Part shown: positions 1-11,666 of the stretch, one piece after another
Position numbering within the stretch: the stretch's first letter is position 1
Layout: each line of letters starts with the position of its first letter
Origin: Bilabrum cf. latius
Taxonomy: Eukaryota
Direction of reading: 5' to 3'
NCBI GenBank assembly: GCA_965178125.1
Contig: OZ237748.1
Location: 992,001 to 1,056,000, forward strand
Length of the DNA stretch: 64,000 bases
Notes under the pieces: model-generated
Seen by the model: only the letters and a program-made list of their open reading frames with translations
What the model was told of the DNA's origin: nothing
Database searches by the model: none
Made by a program: the position numbers and the translations under genes

Positions 1-400
1 CGCTGTCTTGATGCACAATTTGCATGACGTGATATAAATAATTCCATGCTGGATAGTGTTTGCTTGGTGGACTGTGCGGCTGTTGTAGTCGCTGCCGGGA
101 CTGTTGTTCTTGGCTGTCTCAAGCGGCACGCGGCAGGAGGTTGCTCACCTCGACTCTAGGTCGGGCTGTTCACACCTGTTGCACGGATTGCATGATTGTT
201 TTGCATTTGCTTGGAGTTGCAGGTACTCTTGATGTGTTCTGCTCTCTCCATGTGTCCAAGCATCCTCGCTTGTGGCCCTGGGGAGATTTCCAGCCAAGAC
301 TGGCGTTGCCACCTCTGCGGTGCCTTCGCTGTCTTGATGCACAATTTGCATGACGTGATATGAAATTCCATGCTGGATAGTGTTTGCTGGGTGGATTTTA
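1..400. repeat. Imperfect direct repeat, ~326-bp period
   Basis: CGCTGTCTTGATGCACAATTTGCATGACGTGATAT...TTCCATGCTGGATAGTGTTTGCT at 1-~65 recurs at 327-~390. The left copy is cut by the window edge. Confidence 0.7.
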
Positions 401-536
401 GGGCGGCTATCGTCGTCGCTGCCAGCACCTTGTCATCGTACTTTCGTCACAATGTTAAAAGTACTCACTACAAGCTAAATCAGAGCATATCTGTGGTCGC
501 GACGTCACGGTCGCGACGTCACTCACTCAGGTCGAC

Positions 537-2680
537 ATGGTTGATCCCGAATTCGTTGGGGCTGTTGAGTTTTGCCTATGCTCATTACCCGATACTGCCG
601 CTAAATTATCATCATCTCTGGTGAAGCGGATGAAGAAGCATCGCTCAAAGCAGCCCTGCTCGTACCTGTTGGATCCACAACCAGACCGCTGGCCTGAGTT
701 TGTCGATTCCCTTCTGGACTGGGCTCAATCAGCGGCACCATCGTGAGAACGGCTGTAATTAGTGGTTTTATGCATGACCTTGCTGGTGTGCGCCTGTTCC
801 TGCCGGGCTGACGACACCCTGGGCGCAGTTCTGGCGCCCGCCACACTCAACAGCGCCTGCCACTGTTTTGCTTCGCCAATCTGGCTTCGCCTGCTTCTGA
901 CCCCCCCGGCTCCTCGATACCACCAGTATCCAATATTCTCTGTAGTGATATTGCAGGTGCTAGTCCGACATCCTCACTCAAATGGCCCTCGCCCTGAAGT
1001 CTTGCGAGGTGTCCAAATTTGACCGGACAAAGACGGCTCAGGGAGCGCTGCATGCCATGGCACAGGCTGTACTTATCGCACGCGGCGGGAAACCATCTCA
1101 CTAGTATGACTTCCAACGTCTCCCTTGTGCCTCGGCTCTAGCAGCTAGTTCTGATTCCCCATCAGCGGCAGCCCAGCGCTCGTTGTACTGGTATCTGCAA
1201 CAACGCCACAATCACCGGCGTGCTGTTCAGGGGTCTCGCCGAATGGACCAACTCAGCTCTTCTGACAGTGATGAGGCGCACGATGGTACCGCGGCTTCAG
1301 GTCAGACTTCTGCTGAGGCCTCTGAGGGCACTGACTCTTCGGACGAAGATGAAGATGAAGAAAGCGAGACCGAAGGTCTACCTCTCCATGGGAGCTCCCG
1401 CGCTGCACGTACTAAGAGCCCCAAGCTGACCCGTTCATTGTCCGCGGCTTCATCGGCTGAGGCAGGCAAAGCCAGGATCCGTAAGCTGCTGGGAGCACCC
1501 TCTCGCGGCTCATCCCCGGCAGCCAAAGGCCGGTGGTCGGAGGTTTATGAGGCGGCTAGTAGGGAGTCCGTGACTACGGCTCCCCCTACCTCGCTCACTC
1601 GGCTATTCGGAACAGCCCTGGACAGTAGTCACCGTCGTGCTCTCGAGGACCTTCACGCAGCAATCGTTCGTCATGCCCAGGCCTCTGCCGGCAAGCCGAA
1701 GGGTCTCACTGACGTTCAGAGCCAACTTGCATCGTTAACTTCAGACATTGTGGCCTTGCAGCTCGATCCTGCCATGGATGGCATTGACTACCTCCGTGTG
1801 GTGACCGGAAAACTGGCTGAGTACGCCTACGCGTTCTATGGGCGCAGTGTGACGATCGACGATGAGGGCCGCTTCCATGAACGTCGGTCTTCATCCAAGA
1901 CGTCACCACCGAGCTACCAGGAGTTCAGTACCCAACTGCAGGTGCGCCTCGGCCGCGTCGCCCGTAGTCTAGAACACGTCTTGACCGACGTGAAGGACCT
2001 GAGCGAGGAGCTCGGGCTTGTTCGCCGGCGGCTAGCGTCCAGCTCCTCCACACGCCGTGCGAAGGCTGCCTTAACTCTCGACCTTCAGGGCCCCGCTTCA
2101 GGACTCACTGTCCGGACCTTAAAGAACTTCGATGGTCCCCTCCTGCTGGCTATCCTGTGGTTGTACGATTGGACTAGCTTCCGTTTAGCGGGTCTTTCCA
2201 GCGGAGCACCATCAGCAGCTGCTCGGACATCTACGGAGATCACTTGGCTCCAACAACACCTGCTGCTCCCTACCCCTCGCGGCCCTGTCCACTCTCGGGT
2301 GGAATGGTTGCCGTTCGTTGTTTCTTCGCAAAGACCAGCTGCGGGAGCAGGGGCTGACCCCAGCGCCGGGGACAAACGTGTCCGCCATCCTCCTCTTTCA
2401 GGCTCTAGCGAGCCCCAGAGTCGGACAGCGGATGTTTCTGCGGAAGCGCACCCGACGAAACGGACACGGACCGGCAAGTCCGCCAAGAGCACTACACCGA
2501 CGAAGGACGTGGGCGCCGCCTTTGGCGGTCAGCCTAAGGCCTCTTCTTCTTCCGCACGCACAACCAGATCCAACGGTGAGGCTGCTCTTGTAGGTTGTGA
2601 TGCGTGCCTCGACTTTGGCATTGATGAGAACTTGATCCTGTTCTCCAGCGAGGGCTAGTGTGACTAGTTGTCACAGATGC

Positions 2681-2746
<66 letters not shown>

Positions 2747-5052
2747 GGGATCGGGAGGACGAGGATGATGACGATGATGAGGCTGATGGCGTGGATGATG
2801 ACGTGGAAGCCGACGATGGCGCAGATGATGTCGGAGGGGTGGCAAGCCGTACTGCCGGCAGCATGGCCAGCGGCCTTGCCTCCACTACGACCGCTGATGT
2901 CGTCGCCGATTATGCCACGGCAACGTCGCAGCCCGGTGTTCATGCTGCCCTTCATCGGGTTCTTGACCATGCTCGGGCTGGGCGAGGAGCTGCAATCCGG
3001 TCTGAGTTTCGACAACTACCTGAAGTTTTGCAGCTGCGCCATCGCATTGGCAAGGATGATGCTCGCCCTCTGGCTGACGACTTCGTAGGCTTGGCCACCG
3101 AGTTAACAAAGCTCGGTGTAGGCTCGGCTGCTCGTCTCGAGGCTCGTCGTGGGACCAGCAGTCATCGTCGGCACGGCGTGGTGGATCCAGCCGGGGCTCA
3201 TGCACAGCTTGTCGCTGCTGGCCTGTCCTCTGCAGCGCTTAAGTACGGCAGTGCCGCTGCAGTCCTCCAGGACATCTGCAGAGGTGCGGATCTTGCCACT
3301 TTCGCAAAGCAGCCGTGGTCTCAGTGGAAATCCGGCGTTGCCCTTCCCAGCCGCACATACTACGACACGGGCACGAGCGACCGGCAGTTTGCAGCCCAGA
3401 CCATTGAGGATCATGTCAAGGCGGGGGTCCTACAACCTGTCCCGGCCGACTAGGAGTATATCATCCTGCCAGTGTTCACTGTCCCCACGACGGACCTTAG
3501 CTCGACCTCAGAGCGGGAGCCCGTGCTTTTACCATCTCTGGGGCCGCAGGCCGGCTGCACTTGGGATCGCCTCCTCCGGGCGGCTGGAGCTCGGTCCTAG
3601 ATCCGGAAACGCCGTCTCGTGATCGACGCAAGGGCTCTGTCTGAGAACCTCCATCTTCCGCGGTATACCATGCACCCTGGTCATGCCTTCTTCGCTGGTA
3701 TTGGCGCAAATTGGTACACCGCCAGTCTGGACCTCAAGAGCTTCTTCACCTCGATTCCGCTGCGTACGGAAGGCAGAATGGCATTTGCAGTGGACGGCAA
3801 CCTCGGACACGGTCCTGTACGTCCCCTTCGATTCTCCAGGGTCTTCTTTGGCTTATCGGTAGCTCCAGCAATCTGCTGCACCATCAGTGCTGCGGTCGTG
3901 GCAGTGGCGCGGGCACAAGGTGTCCACTGGATTCGTTGTTGGATTGACGACCTGGTCATTGCAGCCCCGACCTTGCAGCTGTGCACAAGAGCAGTAGCTA
4001 TCGTCCGCAGGATACTTCGTGGCTTCGGCTTGTTGGAATCGAAATCGAAATACCAGGCCCCCTCGTAGTCTGCGGTGATCCTTGGTATCCAGCTCTGCAC
4101 GCGTGGCTCCGTCACAATGACGGTACCGGCTGCGAAGGCAGCTGATTCTCGTATGGTAGCAGCTATTGCCCGTGCTGCGTGGGCGGAGATGGACACGTGG
4201 ACATCGCAAGTGCAGCTGTTGCCTGCAGGCACGTCGCCACCTTCAACTCTGCTTGGTGAACTCCGCGCCGTACGGGCCGTGCTTTACCAAATGCTCTGCA
4301 AACTTGCAGGCAGAGCTTCGTGGTACTCAGCTTGTCGACAGACTCTTGCTTCCGGGATAGCACCCCTGTTCCGCATCGCAAATGGTCTTCGCTATGGCAA
4401 CGAGCTCACGGCCGAGGACTGGTCGCTGGGCAAGCTCAGCCTGGCAGGCTTGGACAATTGGCTCCGGTCTCCTACCTGTTGTCCTCTGCAGGCGCCACGG
4501 TTCTGGGACGACCTCATCATCATCACGTCTGACGCGGGGGAGTCAGGCGCTGCGGCTATCATTGAGCGACCACGGCACGTTGTCAAGCCTCTCGCGTTGG
4601 CTGTAGACTTCTCGCCTGGTTCGGCTCTAGCAGCATCATCTAGTACACTTCGCGAGGCGGTCGGACTGTACATGGCCTTGTTGTTCTGCTCTCATACCAC
4701 CCACGGTGCCACCGGCGCTGTTTGGATTGGTGATAGTGGAGCCCTCGCTGGGGCAGTTGCAAAGCGAAGTTCTTCGTCGCGGCAACTGAATGAAGCGCTG
4801 TTCCTCATTTTCAAAGAGGTTCAGCGCCTTGCTGTGCCTGGCCTACTGCCTGCCTGGTTGTCTCGCGAGGCTAACACGCTTGCTGATGCTCTTGCTTGCG
4901 CGTCCGGCCCATCGCGATCCACGGTGACGGCAGCAATGCCATTTCGCCTGCATCCCCCTATTGCGTGTCTTCAAGACTTGCACCCTTCGGGATTTGCTCC
5001 GTCTGCTGCTACCTCTTCTCTTAGTGCAGGCAAGACCAAAGGCAGGAAATGA
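537..5052 (+). CDS. Gag-like/RT/RNase H polyprotein of the YR retrotransposon (TAG read as Gln)
   Basis: Frame 958-5052 (1365 codons) has no internal TAA/TGA, only TAG (961, 1102, 2656, 2665, 3451, 3598, 4066), and ends in TGA. RT motifs: PVFTVP, RLVIDAR, SLDLKSFF, FFGLSVAP, WIDDL, APS[TAG]SAVILG. RNase H motifs: TSDAG, LREA, GDS, SREANTLADALA. The upstream ORF 537-742 joins in frame through a candidate intron 743-956 (~1433 aa); alternative starts are ATG 982/1057/1243. Confidence 0.85.
2683..2745 (+). repeat. (GAT)21 microsatellite encoding poly-Asp
   Basis: 21 perfect GAT units, in frame, between the gag-like and RT regions. Confidence 0.95.
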
Positions 5053-5071
5053 GGGGGGAGGCCCGGCCCAA

Positions 5072-6150
5072 ATGGACGGCCATCAGCTTCATCGGGCAGT
5101 CTCGACCGGTGCTCGCCTGTCAGCCAGCTCTCTCAAGGAGCTTGCAGCGACAGCGGAGGTTGCTGATCTTGCTGCCTCCACCTGGGACCATTATCGGGCA
5201 ACTCAGGAGCAATGGAGGCGGTCAGTGTCGCAAGAGGATCGAAGGAGCTCGAGTGATTTCGGTGTGACTGCAGCCAGATTGAAGCCTTTCAAGCCTTAGC
5301 TCAGCCTCCAACTGTCTCAAGCAACGGCAAGTCACCCCCACGCCGAGTCTCCTCCACTCGGACGATGCTCAAGAAGCTCAGTTAGCTCGCCAGCATCGCC
5401 CTGCGCCGTGACTGGACACCAGCCTGGGTCTCCCCCCGCCAAGACCGTATCGTGAAGCAGTTCGTCAAGGGTGTGTTCAATACGCTGGCTAGATTCGATA
5501 TCACGGCGCACTTGGCATCGAAGCGGCCGCTCCGTCTCAGCGAGCTGAGACGTATGCTCCAGCTGCCATGCCACTCAGCCGCAGACGAGCACTGTCAGGT
5601 GGCATTGTTGATAGCATTTATCGGCATGCTTCGTGGCAGCGAATGCTACCCATCGGCCAAAGATGCCGCCGTACCTCTGACATGGAGGCTCCTGGACAAG
5701 AGTGGACAGACCCTAATCCTTGCTCTCCCTCGCGACAAGACCAACTAGCGAGGCGAAGACGATCGCTGTATCGCATTCCCTGAGGCTCCTGCGCCCTTCA
5801 ACGTGCAAAAGCGGCTCCGTCGACTGACTGCCCGCAAGGATTTCTCCATCTCGAGCGGCCTTTTCCCGAGCACGGCCCCCTCATGGTCCCGCAGGAGGGG
5901 TAAACCAATCTTGACAAAGCGGCACTGGACCGATCTGATTCGAGACACAGCCTAGGCAGCCGACGTTATCGGGTTCGAGCGACTAACAGCTCACTCTCTC
6001 CGCCATGGAGCAGCAACGTGCTGCTTGGAACGTGGCGTCCCGGCCGATGTCTTGTAGGCCTTAGGCAGGTGGGCCAGCGATGCTTACAGGGATTATTTGC
6101 ATCCCACGCCCGAGTTCCTTGCTGCTAGTATCAAGAGCATTTTTGTTTAA
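5072..6150 (+). CDS. Tyrosine recombinase of the YR retrotransposon (TAG read as Gln)
   Basis: LAASTWDHY (N-terminal), GMLRGSE (catalytic R), DKTN[TAG]RG, HSLRHGAAT, L[TAG]ALGRWASDAYRDY (catalytic Y). TAG at 5383, 5746, 5953, 6055; ends TAA 6148-6150. The frame change near 5220-5275 is resolved by a candidate intron 5221-5273 (341 aa product). Confidence 0.85.
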
Positions 6151-6621
6151 TAGCTTTGCACAATGCATTCAGTCACGGCATGTTGGCGACAACTAGCCTC
6201 CACTGCTTCTCGGCCAGACCCGTCATCTGTGCTCGGCCCCGGCACAGTCTAGCCAATACCGGGAGTTTGATTTCTATAAATATAGTCTTTGGGATTTTGA
6301 TTTCGACGCATCAGGGGTTTTCCCTCGCCATCTAGACAATTGTGGGAGTTTGATTTTGGGAGTTCGTCTCGGTATGTATGTGTAAACTAGTTGGGATTTG
6401 CCAGCAATCGTTCTAGATGAAAGGAAGAAGTAGCATTCTGGGAGACACTTGGGAGTTCGTAGCACCCTTTTGCATCGGTTACACAACCAATGCATTGAGT
6501 GGCCGTGCACAGCACTGGGATTCACTTCACTACCTCGCCCTATACAAGCTGTACCCGCGGCATTACATACGGCAATGGGCAATACCACGTCAGTGCAATA
6601 CCCCACATGTGGGTAACGGCG

Positions 6622-7570
6622 GGGCAAGCACTGACTGGCAGTGAATCGATACAGGGCTGTTGCTTCGCGCTGTTAGCGGTTGTAACCGCTTCGCCAAGAC
6701 AATCCAAGTCTTGGCAGAGCCGTGAGGCATGGTGACTCGGCAGCCCATACCAGGGCTGCCCGACCACTAGCACATGACCTGGAGATAGAGCCAGGTCGGT
6801 CACTAGACACACGCGTGTCCACAAAGGTGGCAATACGCCACCGCCCTGAGAGCCAAGCATCGTAGCGAGGACTGTAGACCAAGACGAAACAATCTCGCAG
6901 TGATAGATCCCGTCAGTTGTGTGCCGTAGGTACGGAGGCACGTTACGAAGTGATTTAGATCGGAGAGATTGTGTAGTATTGGTCGCAAGTCCGAGCGCAG
7001 ATGTGAGGCTCTCACTTGTTCGGAATTTCGGTGGCACCTGTGTTCTACAGCTGTGCCCCGATATTCTCAGTAATAATTGTCATTATGTGGCAATACACAC
7101 TGGGAAGACAGGCAGGGGCAACTCCATAGGAGGTGATTCCCACTGCTTGATGTTTTGAACCCACCCACCATCCCCGCAGTTACTACCACAGCCGCGCTAC
7201 TGCAGCAGTACCTACTATCGCATCCCATCGCCAGTCTTTTCATTTGTAACTCATCACATTTTACCCGCCCACCTTCCCCCTCGGGCAAGCACTGACTGGC
7301 AGTGAATCGATACAGGGCTGTTGCTTCGCGCTGTTAGCGGTTGTAACCGCTTCGCCAAGACAATCCAAGTCTTGGCAGAGCCGTGAGGCATGGTGACTCG
7401 GCAGCCCATACCAGGGCTGCCCGACCACTAGCACATGACCTGGAGATAGAGCCAGGTCGGTCACTAGACACACGCGTGTCCACAAAGGTGGCAATACGCC
7501 ACCGCCCTGAGAGCCAAGCATCGTAGCGAGGACTGTAGACCAAGACGAAACAATCTCGCAGTGATAGATC
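6622..7570. repeat. 288-bp direct repeat pair (6622-6909 and 7283-7570), candidate B1/B2 terminal repeats of the retroelement
   Basis: GGGCAAGCACTGACTGGC...CTCGCAGTGATAGATC appears identical by eye in both copies, 373 bp apart. Confidence 0.9.
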
Positions 7571-8310
7571 TGAGCCCCGGTGTTGCCCGAAACGAACGTA
7601 TCTGGTTTGCCTATGCCAGTAACGACCAAATTGCAATCTTTCCGCAGCCACACGACTGTGTAACCGCTGGAAAATGCATTCTCGAATGGGGCGGCGGAGG
7701 AGTGCAGAACCTCACCTCTTTGGAGCCTGTCACCCTAGAACGTTTTTTTCCTCGCGGCCAAGGCGCTCACATCGCAGAAATAACTGCAAACCAGAGCTGC
7801 ACGTTATTAAGGGAAAAACCTTAATAACGGGACCCAAGCTCGGCGATTAAGGTGGGTTAAGGAGATTTTCAAAATAATCCATGTTATTAAGATCGGGTCT
7901 CTGGATCCTGGTGATATCTTCATAATACTTGCAATTATGCACGATTTATAGTCCACAAATGATAAACAACACCTTAACATCTGGTATTAAGGAGACAGAG
8001 TCTGATTCGTTGTTGACGTCAAATGAGATGATAAGCGTTTGTGCGATGAGGATGGCTCTGCGAAGAAGGAGAACGCCGCAACACCTTGTCCGTAGGTGGG
8101 AAGAGGAATTGTAGCGTTAGACATCGTAATCTGATTAACGGAAGAGGCAGGCCACGAAGAGTGGAGGTTGGCATTTCTCCAGTCAATCGCCTCCATTCGG
8201 GGTGGAAGAGCTCAGGACTGACAGATCGTCTTGAATTCTTTTACAACATAGTTTTGCAGTTATCCAGGCCGTGGCGCTGGCCGGACAGCCACAAGCAGTC
8301 ATTACACGCT

Positions 8311-8861
8311 TCACTTGTGCTTGGTCACCAAGGCTCGCAGAACCGTCAGGCTTGCATGGCACGGGCTGTAGTGAGAGCCCTTTAAGTGTACAGCGACCAC
8401 TTGACGGGATGAGGGGTGGGCATGCACCGTGTAAAAGTAGCCTTCAGGTCCCAGTGTACAGACCACGATGGTGCACTTGAACACCCTCGCTGCAGCCATC
8501 ACTTCGATTTGACCCCCCCATACACCGTCCCGCCGCATAGTTCTCACATACTACTGCGAGCTCAGCATGTTCTCGTGCCATCAGGCGTCTGCAGCATCTC
8601 CCCAACAACTGTCGAGCCTTGCTTGACCGGATTGTCCATGCTCTTCTCGACCTCGTTTACGATGGCCAAGCGCAAACTTCGCGGCGATGAGGTCGTCGGA
8701 CCCTTCGGAAGTAGCTGCACTAACGAATTGAACAAGCAGTTGCCGTCCCCTGCTGCCTGTCCGATGGTGATCCCGGGCGCGAGCTCCTTGCTCAGAGCGG
8801 TAGCAAGGTCAGCTTGCGCTGCGGCGGCACCTGCGTCTGCACCGGTCGGAGAAGTGCACAC
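8311..8861 (-). pseudogene. OTU-like cysteine protease domain, frameshifted, inside the TIR element
   Basis: AGDGNCLFNSL (catalytic D/C), then after a frameshift near 8565-8580, Q[TAG]YVRTMRRDGVWGGQIEVMAAA and GSHYS (catalytic H). Confidence 0.8.
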
Positions 8862-9151
8862 TGCGCCTCCTCTACGCTAGGGCGCAATAGGCGATATATC
8901 CACCATATCCATCGAGTGGAACTCAACTGGTACGTAAATCCTGCGCGACGTCACGTGCTGCGAGCCCACTCAGCCTGGCTTCCAGCCGGTCGAAGTAGGC
9001 AGCGCTTGCCTCGTGGTATGCCTAAGCTTCGTACGAATCCATCAGCACCAGTCTATCTTCAGTAATGACGAATAAAAAGCCAACGGCAGTGCTTGGCAGC
9101 GCCCACCACTTGTTCTTCTCGAGCCATGCCTTGCCCAAAACCCGAGGAGCG

Positions 9152-10168
9152 GTAAGACTTGGGATGAGGCCCGACTGATTCCGAGTCGTTCGGGTCCTGG
9201 TTTGTGCTCCCGAGGCACTTCCCTTGGGGCAAGTGCTCGAGTGGAGGCTGAGACGGAACACGCAGCGCCACAGATATAAAGATCTGGGCACTGTAGTTCT
9301 ATTGAAAGGTGGTGCCCACGAATTCTCTGGAATTTACCGACTGGTGGCCACCGACGGGTCCGAAATGCCAACACTCACGCTGCAACTCAACGCCATGCGT
9401 ACTCGCCTGCTTAGCGTATCACTCTTAGTGCGAATGTTGGTTTGAACTATTAACGAACCATTGGAGGGCGTACAAAGTGCGGCCGGTAGCGAGTTTCCAG
9501 GGTATCTGAAGTTAACCGCAAAATTTTGACCCGTCTCGTGCCGCATCCGTGACGGCCTGGGGGCCGCAGCCGCAGCCAAGCTTACCTTTGCCAGCTGACC
9601 CCGTCCCCATCGCCGTCTTTCTCAGCAAATACCAACCGGCAGGTTGGACAGAGATTAATTATGCCTTCGTATTATAACAAATCGGGACCCGGTAAGACTT
9701 GGGATCAGGCCCGACTGATTCCGAGTCGTTCGGGTCCTGGTTTGTGCTCCCGAGGCACCTTCCTTGGGGCAAGTGCTCGAGTGGAGGCTGAGACGGAACA
9801 CGCAGCGCCACAGATATAAAGATCTGGGCACTGGAGTTCTATTGAAAGCCCGCCCACCCGTGAGCTCATGGAGGGTCTATGGAGGGACTGACTGGCTGCG
9901 GTGCAGGATGTTACCTGCTGATCCGGCCAACTGGTCCCTGCTTGACGTGTTTTATGTGTGATTGATATCAAACCTGCCGGCAGCGAGCTCACGTTCCCTG
10001 ACGACGACCGGGACGTGGTGGTGTGGGGCTGCCGAGGCGGGCAGCCCTTGGGTGAGGCTGGTGCGGACCAGCTCACCCCGTCCCCACCACCGTCTTTCTC
10101 AGCAAATACCAACCGGCAGGTTGGACAGAGATTAATTATGCCTTCGTATTATAACAAATCGGGACCCA
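9152..10168. repeat. Internal duplications in the TIR element
   Basis: ~155 bp at ~9152-9307 repeated at ~9692-9847; ~95 bp at ~9597-9690 repeated at ~10074-10168. Confidence 0.85.
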
Positions 10169-11666
10169 CGAACAGTCGGTGATGATGATGCTGCTGATGA
10201 ATTCACCCTCTTTAGTATCGTAGCGATGGCGTGCTTTCCCTTCGAATCCCATGTCTTTGAAGTGATTGCACGCTGCGTCCTCCAGCAAGATGCCAACGCT
10301 TTTGCTTCTGGGCTGTCGGAAAAGCTGTTAGGGCGCCCTGGTGCAAGCCGATGTAAGTCATCGTGCTTCTGCAGCATCTTCTTAAATCGCGCCTCGAGAT
10401 CCTTCACACCAGAATTTATATTGATACCAGCAATACTGCGCAGTATATTCGAGTACTGTCCGATCGGGCTACACAGCTTTGCGTTGAAAAGAAGACCTGC
10501 TACCCGCTTCTCTAGAAGCTCAGCTCCACCCTCAACCCCGTGATATTCGCCAATGACGGCCTGCTGTTTCGAGTAAAAAAGTCTGACATTGCTAGACTTG
10601 CTAGTTATTTCCGGCGTTGTTCGCCTTTTCTTGGCCTGGGGCCGAGCTGCGTGGGTTGGGTCTTTGAGGTTTGAATTGCAGTACGCTCATACTGGCTCAA
10701 TATTACCAATTATGATGCTTGAGCTGTCCACCAAAAAAGATACATAACTAATTTAACTATATCTGCAGTTATTTCCCCATATTATGACGTATTTAGGTAT
10801 AAAAATGACTTCGGTGATTAAGGCCTTCGGGGGGCGAAAATCCATGTTATTAAGGAGCCCTTAATAACGTGCAGCTCTGCTGCTAACTTTGTCTAATTTG
10901 AAGCCTTGAACTGATTCTTTGCGGCTATGGTGCCTGCTGCTGCTGGCGTGGAGAGAGACCGACGACATCATGGAGCCAGCGCTGCGAAGGTGCTGCTGGC
11001 CTTTTGCTCGTCGCCCGTGCACACTGACCGCCGAGCAGGCCACAACAGCCACCAAAATGGAAACAATTGATTGCATGCCTGCAAATCTATGACTTATGAG
11101 CTAGTTGTACCACCTTGCGCTGATGCAGCGGGCTGCAAGGTCGAGGCAGGCACATGACCCCGCGAGGCGGGCCGGGGTGGACGGGCCCCGGGGGTGGGGG
11201 GGGGCTGGGTGAGGGGGTAGAACTCTCGGTACTGACGACCGTCCACCCACCACATGGCAAAATGAAGCTGAGTTCTTCATAGAAGATGTATAGGAAGGCA
11301 TTGATGCAATTTCATCGCTTTTCAAAGAAGGAAAGGCTCAAATGATTGCGGATCAAGACCTGCATGTGCGAGCGATCGGCGCGGTTGTCCGCGGAAAGCG
11401 ATAATCTGATGCACCATTGGAGCAACATACAAAGGGCCTAGGTGCATGGAAAGCATCTCCGTCTCAAGAAGACAACCATTGAATGTCAAGAACTATCTAT
11501 AATGGAAGTGCTTTAGCTGTGAAGTCCCGAGAGAAATCCGTAGACTCACAATTCAGTCCATTACTACAATGCTTCCAGAGTCCGTGAAAATTCCTGAAGA
11601 TAGAACGTCTTTGGCAATACGTGCGAGTAATGAGGGTGGCTTCGTTGTACACAAGCACCTCACTCT

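Larger units (their letters stand above)
537..7570 (+). mobile_element. Tyrosine-recombinase (DIRS-order, Ngaro-like) retrotransposon; left end probably outside the window
   Basis: Gag-like region, RT, RNase H and tyrosine recombinase in the canonical order, followed by a 288-bp direct repeat pair (6622-6909 / 7283-7570) resembling Ngaro B1...B2 split repeats. Lectin-gene sequence resumes at 7571. Confidence 0.85.
7792..10879. mobile_element. Non-autonomous hAT-like DNA transposon, 3088 bp
   Basis: Perfect 22-bp TIRs CAGAGCTGCACGTTATTAAGGG (7792-7813; reverse complement at 10858-10879). 8-bp TSD with one mismatch: CTGCAAAC (7784-7791) / CTGCTAAC (10880-10887). Subterminal ATGTTATTAAG repeats. 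The empty site is visible in the paralog at ~17925-17955. No intact transposase seen. Confidence 0.85.
7571..11076 (-). pseudogene. 5' part of a bulb-type lectin gene (copy D), split by a TIR element and truncated at the retroelement boundary
   Basis: 10880-11076 encodes the signal peptide MQSIVSILVAVVACSAVSVHG. 7571-7791 encodes VWLRKDCNLVVTGIGKP, colinear with 17720-17940 of copy B. Confidence 0.8.
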
